This document shows, piece by piece, positions 55,873 to 64,000 of a stretch of DNA of 64,000 bases (positions are counted from its first letter, which is position 1; the number at the start of each line of letters is the position of its first letter). The translations under genes and the position numbers were made by a program. The notes below the pieces were generated by a model that did not search any database, was not told where the DNA came from, and was given only the letters and a program-made list of their open reading frames with translations. The DNA is from an uncultured Chroococcidiopsis sp. Lineage in GTDB: Bacteria; Cyanobacteriota; Cyanobacteriia; Cyanobacteriales; Chroococcidiopsidaceae. The DNA is taken from NCBI GenBank assembly GCA_964248365.1, contig CAXTYC010000024.1, positions 1 to 64,000 on the forward strand, written 5' to 3'.

Positions 55873-56666
55873 TTTTGAACTTCTCCTTAATTATGTCTTG
55901 AAAAACCTAGTGGAATCAGTTTTTTGCAATCTTTGACGGGTATACCCATCATTTAACTTAGAAAAAAGTCATCCTGCATTTAAGCATAGGGAAGCTTTGC
56001 CCCCCTGACAATATAAATCACTATGATAATTTTGAATAAGAAAGTTTAAAAAAACTTAACGGTCTAAACGAGGGCAGGTAGCTCATCTAAACTGCAACGA
56101 TTTATCGAACAGCTGCTTTTATTTTATAATTTCTTAATTACATTGGGATAAAACAAACTTATAACCAATCAAATTGCTACTAATGAGTGATTGCCTAAAA
56201 GCGCAAAATATGAATAAAGCAATTCTATTTGAGTCATGAAATACCAGGAGTCGTCATTTGTCATTTGTTGTTGGTTTTGGACAAAGGACAGCCATCTAGG
56301 ACTACTTCACCATCATGCGCTTGGCTATTGAAGAGTTCTCACTTGCGTATTAGCTGCAAACAGTCAATACCTTGAGAACCAAGTGATATAATTTCCTTAG
56401 AATAAAGTCAGATCAGGCTTAGCTAAACGCGATATGAGTCCCAATGGTTGATGAATTTGAATTAGCTTACTTAACTATAACCCGACTACTTACTTCATAC
56501 ATTAGCGAAACTCAAGTTGTGGGTAATTTATTTAGCTAAGTAGAAAGCTTGAGGATTCAAACTAAAAGTTTGAGTTGAAGGGAAATAATATTTAAGAGTC
56601 ACAAATTCAATTGTAGCTGTTAATGAAACAATAGTTTTTGATTGTCATTTTTTTAGGAAACTTTCA

Positions 56667-58517
56667 ATGACGCAGTTTTTATTCCTCACAAGTTGGTGGG
56701 TGCCATTCTATGGCTTAATCGGTGCGATTTTGACTTTGCCGTGGACGATGGGAATAGTCAGGCGTACGGGACCACGACCAGCCGCCTACTTAAATTTGGC
56801 GATGACGGTTGTGGCTTTTTTCCATAGCTTGGTTGTCTTAAAAGACATCTGGAACTCTGAGCCACAAAGTTTTCTAATTACCTGGTTAAAAGCTGCGGAT
56901 TTAGATTTATCGTTTGCTTTGGATGTATCCCCAATTACTGTGGGAGCAACGGTTTTAATTACTGGATTGAGTTTACTGGCACAAATTTACGCGCTGGGCT
57001 ACATGGAAAAAGATTGGGCTTTAGCTCGATTTTTTGCCTTAATGGGATTTTTTGAAGCGGCGCTTTCGGGTTTAGCTCTAAGTGACTCGTTGTTTCTGAG
57101 CTATGCTCTATTGGAAATGCTTACCCTTTCCACTTACCTGCTAGTGGGCTTTTGGTATGCTCAGCCGTTGGTCGTGACAGCTGCCCGTGATGCTTTTTTA
57201 ACCAAACGGGTGGGAGATTTGTTGTTGCTGATGGCTGTAGTGACACTCTCGACTATGGCTGGAAGTTTGAACTTTTCAGATTTGAACGAGTGGGCGCAAA
57301 CTGCTGAACTTTCACCTATGACATCCGCTTTATTGGGCTTAGCATTAATTGCTGGACCTGCGGGTAAATGCGCTCAATTTCCCCTCCACCTGTGGTTAGA
57401 TGAAGCGATGGAGGGACCCAACCCAGCTTCGGTTCTACGGAACTCAATGGTAGTATCTGGGGGTGGATATATACTGTTTAAACTTCAGCCAGTCTTGGCA
57501 CTGTCGCCCGTCGCTTTGATAGCTTTGGTGATATTGGGAACTATGACAGCAGTGGGTGCTTCTTTAGTGTCGATCGCCCAAATTGACATCAAACGAGCCT
57601 TATCCCATTCGACCAGTGCTTACATGGGATTAGTGTTTCTAGCAGTAGGGTTGCAGCAAGGTGGTGTCGCCCTAGTGTTGCTATTTACTCATGCGATCGC
57701 TAAGGCACTTCTATTCATGAGTGCAGGCTCAGTCATTTACACTACCACCAGCCAAGACTTGACAGAAATGGGCGGTTTGTGGTCAAGAATGCCAGCCACT
57801 ACTACTGCCTTTGTGGTAGGAGCAGCTGGAATGGTATTTTTGCTACCACTAGGAAGCTTTTGGGCAATGCTGACATGGGCTGAAGGCTTTTGGGTGATTA
57901 GCCCTTGGGTAGTTGGAGTTTTGCTAGTAGTCAATTGCTTGACTGCCTTAAATCTTACCCGTGTATTCCGGTTAGTTTTTTGGGGGGAGGCGCAGCCGAA
58001 AACACGGCGATCGCCAGAAGTTGGCTGGACAATGGCACTGCCAATGGTAATTTTAACTGTGATGAATCTTTTAGTTCCCTTGATGCTACAGCAGTCGCAA
58101 CTGTTGCCTAGCTGGGAAAGTATTGATTTATCACTGCTTGTCCTACTGTTTGCCTCCGGTTTACTAGGGTTAACCATTGGTTGCACAATATATTTGCATA
58201 AAGCTTGGTCTAGACCAATCCAACTGCAATGGAGATTTGTGCAGGACTTGTTGGGCTATGACTTTTACGTTGCCGACCTTTACAAAGTGACTGTAGTGTT
58301 TGGAGTTAACTTAGTTTCCAAAATTTCAGCTTGGATTGACCGCTATATCTTAGATGGTTTGGTTAATTTGGTTGGTTTAGCAACAATTTTCAGTGGTCAA
58401 ACCTTGAAGTACACTATTTCTGGTCAGTCTCAGGGATATATGCTGACAATCCTACTGGGGGTAAGTTTACTGGGCTTAGCGATCAGCTGGTCGTTGGGAT
58501 ATATCTTTTTTGAATAA
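56667..58517 (+). CDS. ndhF4: NDH-1 CO2-uptake subunit F4
   Basis: KCAQFPLHLWLDEAMEGP; clustered with cupB. Confidence 0.9.
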   Translation: MTQFLFLTSWWVPFYGLIGAILTLPWTMGIVRRTGPRPAAYLNLAMTVVAFFHSLVVLKDIWNSEPQSFLITWLKAADLDLSFALDVSPITVGATVLITGLSLLAQIYALGYMEKDWALARFFALMGFFEAALSGLALSDSLFLSYALLEMLTLSTYLLVGFWYAQPLVVTAARDAFLTKRVGDLLLLMAVVTLSTMAGSLNFSDLNEWAQTAELSPMTSALLGLALIAGPAGKCAQFPLHLWLDEAMEGPNPASVLRNSMVVSGGGYILFKLQPVLALSPVALIALVILGTMTAVGASLVSIAQIDIKRALSHSTSAYMGLVFLAVGLQQGGVALVLLFTHAIAKALLFMSAGSVIYTTTSQDLTEMGGLWSRMPATTTAFVVGAAGMVFLLPLGSFWAMLTWAEGFWVISPWVVGVLLVVNCLTALNLTRVFRLVFWGEAQPKTRRSPEVGWTMALPMVILTVMNLLVPLMLQQSQLLPSWESIDLSLLVLLFASGLLGLTIGCTIYLHKAWSRPIQLQWRFVQDLLGYDFYVADLYKVTVVFGVNLVSKISAWIDRYILDGLVNLVGLATIFSGQTLKYTISGQSQGYMLTILLGVSLLGLAISWSLGYIFFE

Positions 58518-58715
58518 GTAGGGTAGTGGGTAAGGGAATCGCGCCCAACACGCGCCGTCATTAAAAAACCAACTATAGCAATCCTATCCCAATTGTGAAA
58601 TTTGAGCGCGATGGTGGGCATTGCCCACCCTACTTTTATCAAAATTGTGAAATTTGATCGCGATGGTGGGCGAAGTGTGGTATTACCACCACACGGAGGG
58701 ATTGCCCACCCTACT
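58516..58715. repeat. GTAG-type REP palindromes (GGTGGGCATTGCCCACC family)
   Basis: Repeated aattgtgaaatttga.cgcgatggtgggc units; same palindrome at 7145-7165. Confidence 0.7.
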
Positions 58716-58747
58716 CAAAACCATCTAGCCACAAGAAGATTCTATCA

Positions 58748-60256
58748 ATGCTGAGTGCTTTAATTTGGTTGCCCGTCTTAGGTGCTGCTCTGATCGGATT
58801 TTTGCCCACAGCTATCTCGCCGATGCGATCGCGCTATATATCCCTAGTTGTTGCCATTGTCACTTTGATTTTAACTGTTGTGCTGGGAATTGGGTTTAAC
58901 CCCAGTGATGTCGCCTTGCAGTTTCAAGAAGAAGTGCCTTGGATTGAAGCTTTAGGCTTAAGTTATCGGCTGGGTGTTGATGGCTTGTCTTTTCCTTTAT
59001 TGGTTTTAAATAGCCTTTTAACTTGCATTGCGATCTATAGCACTGATACAAACGTGCAGCGATCGCGTTTTTATTACTCTTTGGTACTGCTATTAAGTGC
59101 TGGGGTAGCAGGAGCCTTTTTAGCCCAAGATGTGCTGTTGTTTTTCCTGTTTTATGAAATAGAACTGATTCCCCTGTATCTATTAATTGCGATTTGGGGC
59201 GGTGCTAGGCGGGGATATGCATCAACAAAGTTTCTGATCTACACCGCGATTTCGGGAATTTCGATTTTAGCTGCTTTCTTAGGCATGGTGTGGCTATCTG
59301 GCGCTGGTTCATTTGCTTACGAACCATTGCGAAGTGCAGCCATTGGTTTACCACTCACCACACAAATCATCCTGCTATTGGGGATATTAATCGGTTTTGG
59401 AATCAAAATTCCCCTTGTTCCCTTTCATACCTGGCTACCAGATGCCCACGTTGAGGCTTCAACACCAGTTTCCGTACTGCTGGCGGGGGTGTTGTTGAAG
59501 TTGGGAACTTATGGTTTACTGCGATTTGGCATGGATTTGTTGCCAGAGGCTTGGAATACCTTAGCACCTGGGTTGGCAACTTGGGCAGTGGTAAGTGTGT
59601 TATATGGTTCGTCGTGTGCGATCGCGCAAACAGACATGAAAAAAATGGTAGCCTATAGCTCAATTGGTCACATGGGCTATGTGCTACTAGCCGCTGCTGC
59701 TGCTACTCCTTTAAGTACTTTGGCAACCGTACTGCAAATGATCAGTCATGGTTTGATTTCACCACTGATGTTTTTGTTAGTAGGCGTTGTCTATAAAAAG
59801 ACAGGTAGCCGCGATTTAGGGGTTTTACAAGGTTTACTCAACCCAGAACGAGGCTTACCCCTAGTTGGTAGCTTGATGATATTGGGAGCAATGGCTAGTG
59901 CTGGTACTCCTGGCATGGTGGGTTTTATTTCCGAATTTTTAGTATTTCGGGGCAGTTTTGCCGTTTTTCCAATTCAAACCCTCATGTGTATGATTGGCAC
60001 AGTCTTGACTGCTGTGTATTTCTTACTGCTGGTGAACCGCACCTTTTTTGGCAGACTTTCTCAACAGGCGATCGACTTGCCAAAAGTGTACTGGTCAGAT
60101 CGCGCTCCTGCCGTAGTTTTAGCTGTCTTAATTGTTTTATTGGGCATCCAACCAAGCTGGATGGTGCGTTGGACTGAACTTAAGACAACAGCAATGGCGA
60201 GTCATGCAGAAGCGATCGCCACAATTCGCAATTCGCAATTTGCCATTCGCAATTAA
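58748..60256 (+). CDS. ndhD4: NDH-1 CO2-uptake subunit D4
   Basis: KIPLVPFHTWLPDAHVEA and GLLNPERGLP motifs. Confidence 0.9.
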   Translation: MLSALIWLPVLGAALIGFLPTAISPMRSRYISLVVAIVTLILTVVLGIGFNPSDVALQFQEEVPWIEALGLSYRLGVDGLSFPLLVLNSLLTCIAIYSTDTNVQRSRFYYSLVLLLSAGVAGAFLAQDVLLFFLFYEIELIPLYLLIAIWGGARRGYASTKFLIYTAISGISILAAFLGMVWLSGAGSFAYEPLRSAAIGLPLTTQIILLLGILIGFGIKIPLVPFHTWLPDAHVEASTPVSVLLAGVLLKLGTYGLLRFGMDLLPEAWNTLAPGLATWAVVSVLYGSSCAIAQTDMKKMVAYSSIGHMGYVLLAAAAATPLSTLATVLQMISHGLISPLMFLLVGVVYKKTGSRDLGVLQGLLNPERGLPLVGSLMILGAMASAGTPGMVGFISEFLVFRGSFAVFPIQTLMCMIGTVLTAVYFLLLVNRTFFGRLSQQAIDLPKVYWSDRAPAVVLAVLIVLLGIQPSWMVRWTELKTTAMASHAEAIATIRNSQFAIRN

Positions 60257-60338
60257 TCTCAAGTGCGTTAATTATGTACGGGCGAATCATATTCGCCCCT
60301 CATTTCTACAAAACACCATCTAAAGATAACTAGCACAA

Positions 60339-61469
60339 ATGGTCAGCATCTCTAAATCGCCTTCTAGCCATCCCTTAGCAGAATATATTCAAAGATTGCA
60401 AACAGGCGGAGCCTTACTCGCTGATTCTCCTGAAAATGTCATGGAAGTAGTCGGCATTCTCAAAAGCTATGGTGTTGTTTTGGATGCCTACTCTCGCAAT
60501 TTAATCTACATTTCTGAAAATCAATTTCTAGTATTTTTTCCCTTTTTTAAGTATTTTAATGGGGAAATTTCCCTAATAAAATTACTGCGTCATTGGTGGC
60601 ATAACCGAATTAATTTTGAATATGCCGAATACTGCATGAAAGCTATGTTTTGGCATGGTGGCGGCGGTTTAGATAAGTATTTGGATAGCGAGGAATTTCT
60701 TGAGCGATCGCGTCGTGCTATCGAGGCGAAATTTAAAAACAATCCTGTAATGCTGGGCATGAACCAGCTATTTCCTGACTTTCTACCAGAACTAGTGCGC
60801 CAGCAATCTTATTACAGTGCACTAGGTCAATTTTGGCGAGTGATGAGTGATATGTTTATTGCTTTAAGCGATCGCTATGACCGAGGAGAAATCAAATCAA
60901 TTCCCCAGGTAGTAGAACACATTAAAAACGCTTTAGTTGCAGCAGCGAATTTACCTATCACCTACGCTGTCAAAATCAAAGGTAAAGTGTATGAAATTAT
61001 TCCCGCCAGTGTGGGTTTAACTTTCCTAATGGATACAGCAGTACCTTATGTAGAGGCGGTTTTCTTCCGAGGAACGCCGTTTGCTGGTACAGTTTCATAC
61101 AACGCCCAAGCACACCAAGTTCCCCCCGATCAAGCTAGATTTGCTTACGGGGCGCTTTATGCCGATCCTTTACCAATTGGTGGTGCTGGTATTCCACCCA
61201 CCTTGGCAATGCAAGATATGCGCCACTACTTGCCAGATTATATGAGTCAGGTTTATCGTCGCAGCAAGCGAGGAACAGATGATTTACGGGTACAGATTTG
61301 CATCAGTTTCCAAAAGTCGATGTTTTGTGTAACTACAGCAGCAATTTTGGGATTAATGCCTTATCCCCTAGATACGAACGATCCATCACAGCAAAAAGCT
61401 AATCAAAAATATTTAGAAGGATGGATGGATCGGCTTGTAACTTCGCGTTTAGTTGAGGTGAATACATAA
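60339..61469 (+). CDS. cupB: CO2 hydration protein CupB (ChpX)
   Basis: 376 aa with RINFEYAEYCMKAMFWHGGGG and GIPPTLAMQDMRH. Confidence 0.93.
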   Translation: MVSISKSPSSHPLAEYIQRLQTGGALLADSPENVMEVVGILKSYGVVLDAYSRNLIYISENQFLVFFPFFKYFNGEISLIKLLRHWWHNRINFEYAEYCMKAMFWHGGGGLDKYLDSEEFLERSRRAIEAKFKNNPVMLGMNQLFPDFLPELVRQQSYYSALGQFWRVMSDMFIALSDRYDRGEIKSIPQVVEHIKNALVAAANLPITYAVKIKGKVYEIIPASVGLTFLMDTAVPYVEAVFFRGTPFAGTVSYNAQAHQVPPDQARFAYGALYADPLPIGGAGIPPTLAMQDMRHYLPDYMSQVYRRSKRGTDDLRVQICISFQKSMFCVTTAAILGLMPYPLDTNDPSQQKANQKYLEGWMDRLVTSRLVEVNT

Positions 61470-61476
61470 CGGACTT

Positions 61477-61980
61477 ATCAGCCAGGGGTTAAAACCCCTG
61501 GCTGATAGCAAAAGTCATCTTTAGATGACTCAAAAGCGGATTGAGTCCACTAGTGCGATCGCCCTTGGGGAAATTGCTATTAAAACCAACAAATTTATAG
61601 TAGGGTGGGTTCACAGATATATCTGTGGCAGAACAGATAATTTTAGATAACCCGCTCCTACATCTGCGGGCATAATTTATTTTATGCAATCTAAATTGAA
61701 AAACGTGTGATTCACATATTGCACCAGTTTCAATAACTGCCTCTTACTTATACCGTTTCTCGATAAACTTGCACTTTTTACGATCCCCCTAGCCCCCTTT
61801 ATAAGGGGGTTGGGGGAGCTTATTTGTCGCATCATCTAGGAAAATTGGTATTAAGTTTTGGGCTAATAGCTCAAGTCCATTGAAATGGACTGCAACCCAA
61901 TGTAGTCTTCTTAAGAAGACTTTGGCTATTAGCCTGCTAATTAATTAGCAGGCGGACTATGAAAATTGTGCAAGATCTAA
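61477..61980. repeat. Cluster of REP/REPIN-like palindromic elements
   Basis: TATCAGCCAGGGGTT/AACCCCTGGCTGATA, a GTAG-REP at 61599-61660, and a multi-hairpin unit at 61861-61953. Confidence 0.7.
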
Positions 61981-61991
61981 GTGTGATCAAC

Positions 61992-62197
61992 CCTGATTGA
62001 CTGACAAATCTTTTGAGATCCCTTCACACACGCCTGTCACTCAAGTGACAGGCTCATAGCGCGCATTCGGTTCAAACCGACTACAACCCTTGATGGTAGT
62101 CCGTTTCAACCCACTTGTGCTACGAGCCTTGGATTTGAATCCAAGCCAGGATGGCAATATGAGGATTGGGCTTTAAGAGTTTTGTCAGTCAACCAGG
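61992..62197. mobile_element. MITE-like element with 17-bp terminal inverted repeats
   Basis: CCTGATTGACTGACAAA ... TTTGTCAGTCAACCAGG (one mismatch) enclosing a four-hairpin core. Confidence 0.65.
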
Positions 62198-62270
62198 TGA
62201 TGAACCAGCTAATCATGAAAGCGCACCCTTATTAAGGATTAACTGCTTCTATCAAGCTAAGCAACCTTGA

Positions 62271-63008
62271 CTAAGCTTGTTCGATAACGCTTACCTCTCC
62301 AGTATCGAGGTCATAGTAACCCCCGACGATTTTTAACTTACCCTTTAGTATGTGTTGAGCCAAAAGCTCTGTTTGCATCAAATCTGCCACTTGATACTGA
62401 ACATTGGCAATGACTGCACTCTCAATTAAATCGCCTGATTTACCTTTTACCTTGCCTAGTGCAGGTTTGATCGCTTTAACTAAAGAACTAATATGATCTG
62501 GGAGTTGCTTAGCTTCTACAGCAGCTGTAACTGCGCCACACCGCTCGTGACCCAATACCATAATTAGGGGAGTTCCTAATACTGCTACAGCATACTCCAA
62601 ACTACCAAGTACTTCAGGGGTAACAACATTTCCAGCTACGCGGATATTAAACAAGTCCCCAATTCCTTCATCAAACAGAATCTCAGGTGGGACTCGTGAA
62701 TCTGAACAACACAGTAGAGTTGCAAACGGATGCTGAGCTTGGGCAACTTCTTGCAGACGCGCCCGTGATTGGTCGGGATGCTGAGCCTGTTGCTGTGCAA
62801 AACGTCGATTTCCATCTAACAGCCTATGAAGAGCTGCATCAGGGTTGGGAGGTTCAGGGGTTTGTTTAGGTCGTGATTCTACGCCCGTCTGGGCTGGCTG
62901 GGCGTAGCAAGATCCACCGCCTGTAACTGTACCAGCTAGACAAACACCTCCGACACCAAATAATTTCAGGAGAGTGCGACGACCAATCAATTTTTTGATT
63001 CGGTTCAT
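62271..63008 (-). CDS. Beta-class carbonic anhydrase with Tat signal (EcaB-like)
   Basis: GRRTLLK twin-arginine signal; CSDSR and HERCGA Zn motifs. Confidence 0.9.
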   Translation of the reverse strand: MNRIKKLIGRRTLLKLFGVGGVCLAGTVTGGGSCYAQPAQTGVESRPKQTPEPPNPDAALHRLLDGNRRFAQQQAQHPDQSRARLQEVAQAQHPFATLLCCSDSRVPPEILFDEGIGDLFNIRVAGNVVTPEVLGSLEYAVAVLGTPLIMVLGHERCGAVTAAVEAKQLPDHISSLVKAIKPALGKVKGKSGDLIESAVIANVQYQVADLMQTELLAQHILKGKLKIVGGYYDLDTGEVSVIEQA

Positions 63009-63044
63009 AACTTGCTAAATTTCAAAGCTGCGATCGCAGCACTA

Positions 63045-63353
63045 TCACATTGACGCAACACATCTAACCGAGCGGATCTCCATCACATCAGAAACATAGC
63101 ACGTACCCCCAAATTTATTGAGGATAGGTCTAATGTTTTCTACGACTGGTTTGATTTTATCTGGATGACAAAAAGCAAGCACATAGACATTATCAAGCAT
63201 GGTCATGTCAAAATCTTCTGTTCCCCTCAGTCCTTTGCCTGCAACATCCCGAATCACAGCGTGTCCATGAACGCCTCCCCGCTCTAAACCATCTAGAATT
63301 TTGCCAAGTTCAACTGAATTGGCGATAATTTCTATCTTCTTAACTAGATGCAT
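63045..63353 (-). CDS. sbtB: PII-like regulator SbtB
   Basis: KKIEII...VAGKGLRG PII fold; directly downstream of sbtA. Confidence 0.8.
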   Translation of the reverse strand: MHLVKKIEIIANSVELGKILDGLERGGVHGHAVIRDVAGKGLRGTEDFDMTMLDNVYVLAFCHPDKIKPVVENIRPILNKFGGTCYVSDVMEIRSVRCVASM

Positions 63354-63357
63354 AATG

Positions 63358-64000
63358 TTATCTCCACAGCATATTAATCCCGTATAAATATAGAGGAATC
63401 CCCACAATAATATTAAAGGGAAAAGTTACTGCCAGGGCAGTAGAAACATACAGACTGGGGTTTGCTTCTGGAACAGTCATCCTCATAGCAGCGGGAACAG
63501 CAATGTAAGAGGCACTTGCACACAAAACGGCAAATAACAGCGCATCTCCCTGCGGCATCCCAATAAATTTGGCAATCAGTAGCCCAATTCCTGCATTTAC
63601 TATTGGAACTAGTAGGGCAAATGAAATTAGGAAAAATCCAGTTTTTTGCAAGTCTTTAATTCTTCTAGCAGCAACCAATCCCATATCTAGTAAGAAAAAG
63701 GTGAGGATGCCGTAAAACATTCCTTGGGTAAAGGGTTCTAGAACCTGCCAGCCGTGTTCTCCTGTCAGTACTCCGATTAGCAGGCTACCAACTAAGAGAA
63801 AGACAGAGCTATTTAGAAAAGCCTCTTGCAGAACTTCAGACCAGGAAAAGTCTCGCTTCCCCTGATCGGAGGTGAATACATTAACTAAGATCAGACCAAC
63901 TATAATGGCTGGAGACTCCATCAAGGCAAGAGCTGCTACCATGTAGCCATCAAAATTAATCCCAAGCTCGGTCAAAAATGCTCCAGCTGTGATAAAGGTG
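63358..64000 (-). CDS. sbtA: Na+-dependent bicarbonate transporter SbtA family (5' end outside the window)
   Basis: MESPAIIVG, FFLLDMG, ASASYIAVPAA and TFPFNI motifs. Confidence 0.9.
   Translation of the reverse strand, partial: TFITAGAFLTELGINFDGYMVAALALMESPAIIVGLILVNVFTSDQGKRDFSWSEVLQEAFLNSSVFLLVGSLLIGVLTGEHGWQVLEPFTQGMFYGILTFFLLDMGLVAARRIKDLQKTGFFLISFALLVPIVNAGIGLLIAKFIGMPQGDALLFAVLCASASYIAVPAAMRMTVPEANPSLYVSTALAVTFPFNIIVGIPLYLYGINMLWR

Overview
This is a cyanobacterial chromosomal segment: the HIP1 octamer GCGATCGC is frequent and heptamer STRR and GTAG-type REP repeats are abundant. Intact housekeeping content includes pgm, uvrB, fghA, tRNA-Leu(TAG), a methionine-salvage operon with a RuBisCO-like protein (mtnD-W-X-B), a Zn ABC transporter with an ArsR/SmtB regulator, uxs-ugd, and a large CO2-concentrating block (cmpR, ccmK2-K1-L-M-N-O, ndhF4-D4-cupB, sbtA-sbtB, beta-CA, and ccmS at 9 kb). 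These are interleaved with about a dozen pseudogenes. Highlights: (1) a solitary Mx162-like retron reverse transcriptase with a candidate msr/msd region whose hairpin tip matches a cyanobacterial LexA box next to a TATAAT; (2) beside it, a 424-bp TnpB-less IS200/IS605 derivative that keeps an omegaRNA-like end and splits an LMW phosphatase gene in a precisely reversible way; (3) a decayed HopA1/AKR RiPP cluster with two double-glycine precursors; (4) a CcmM whose gamma-CA domain has lost two Zn ligands; (5) a PixJ-like photoreceptor with two nucleotide-identical DXCF GAF domains; (6) a restriction-modification locus with an intact methyltransferase and a broken endonuclease. All family calls come from motif recognition by eye; no database search was run.
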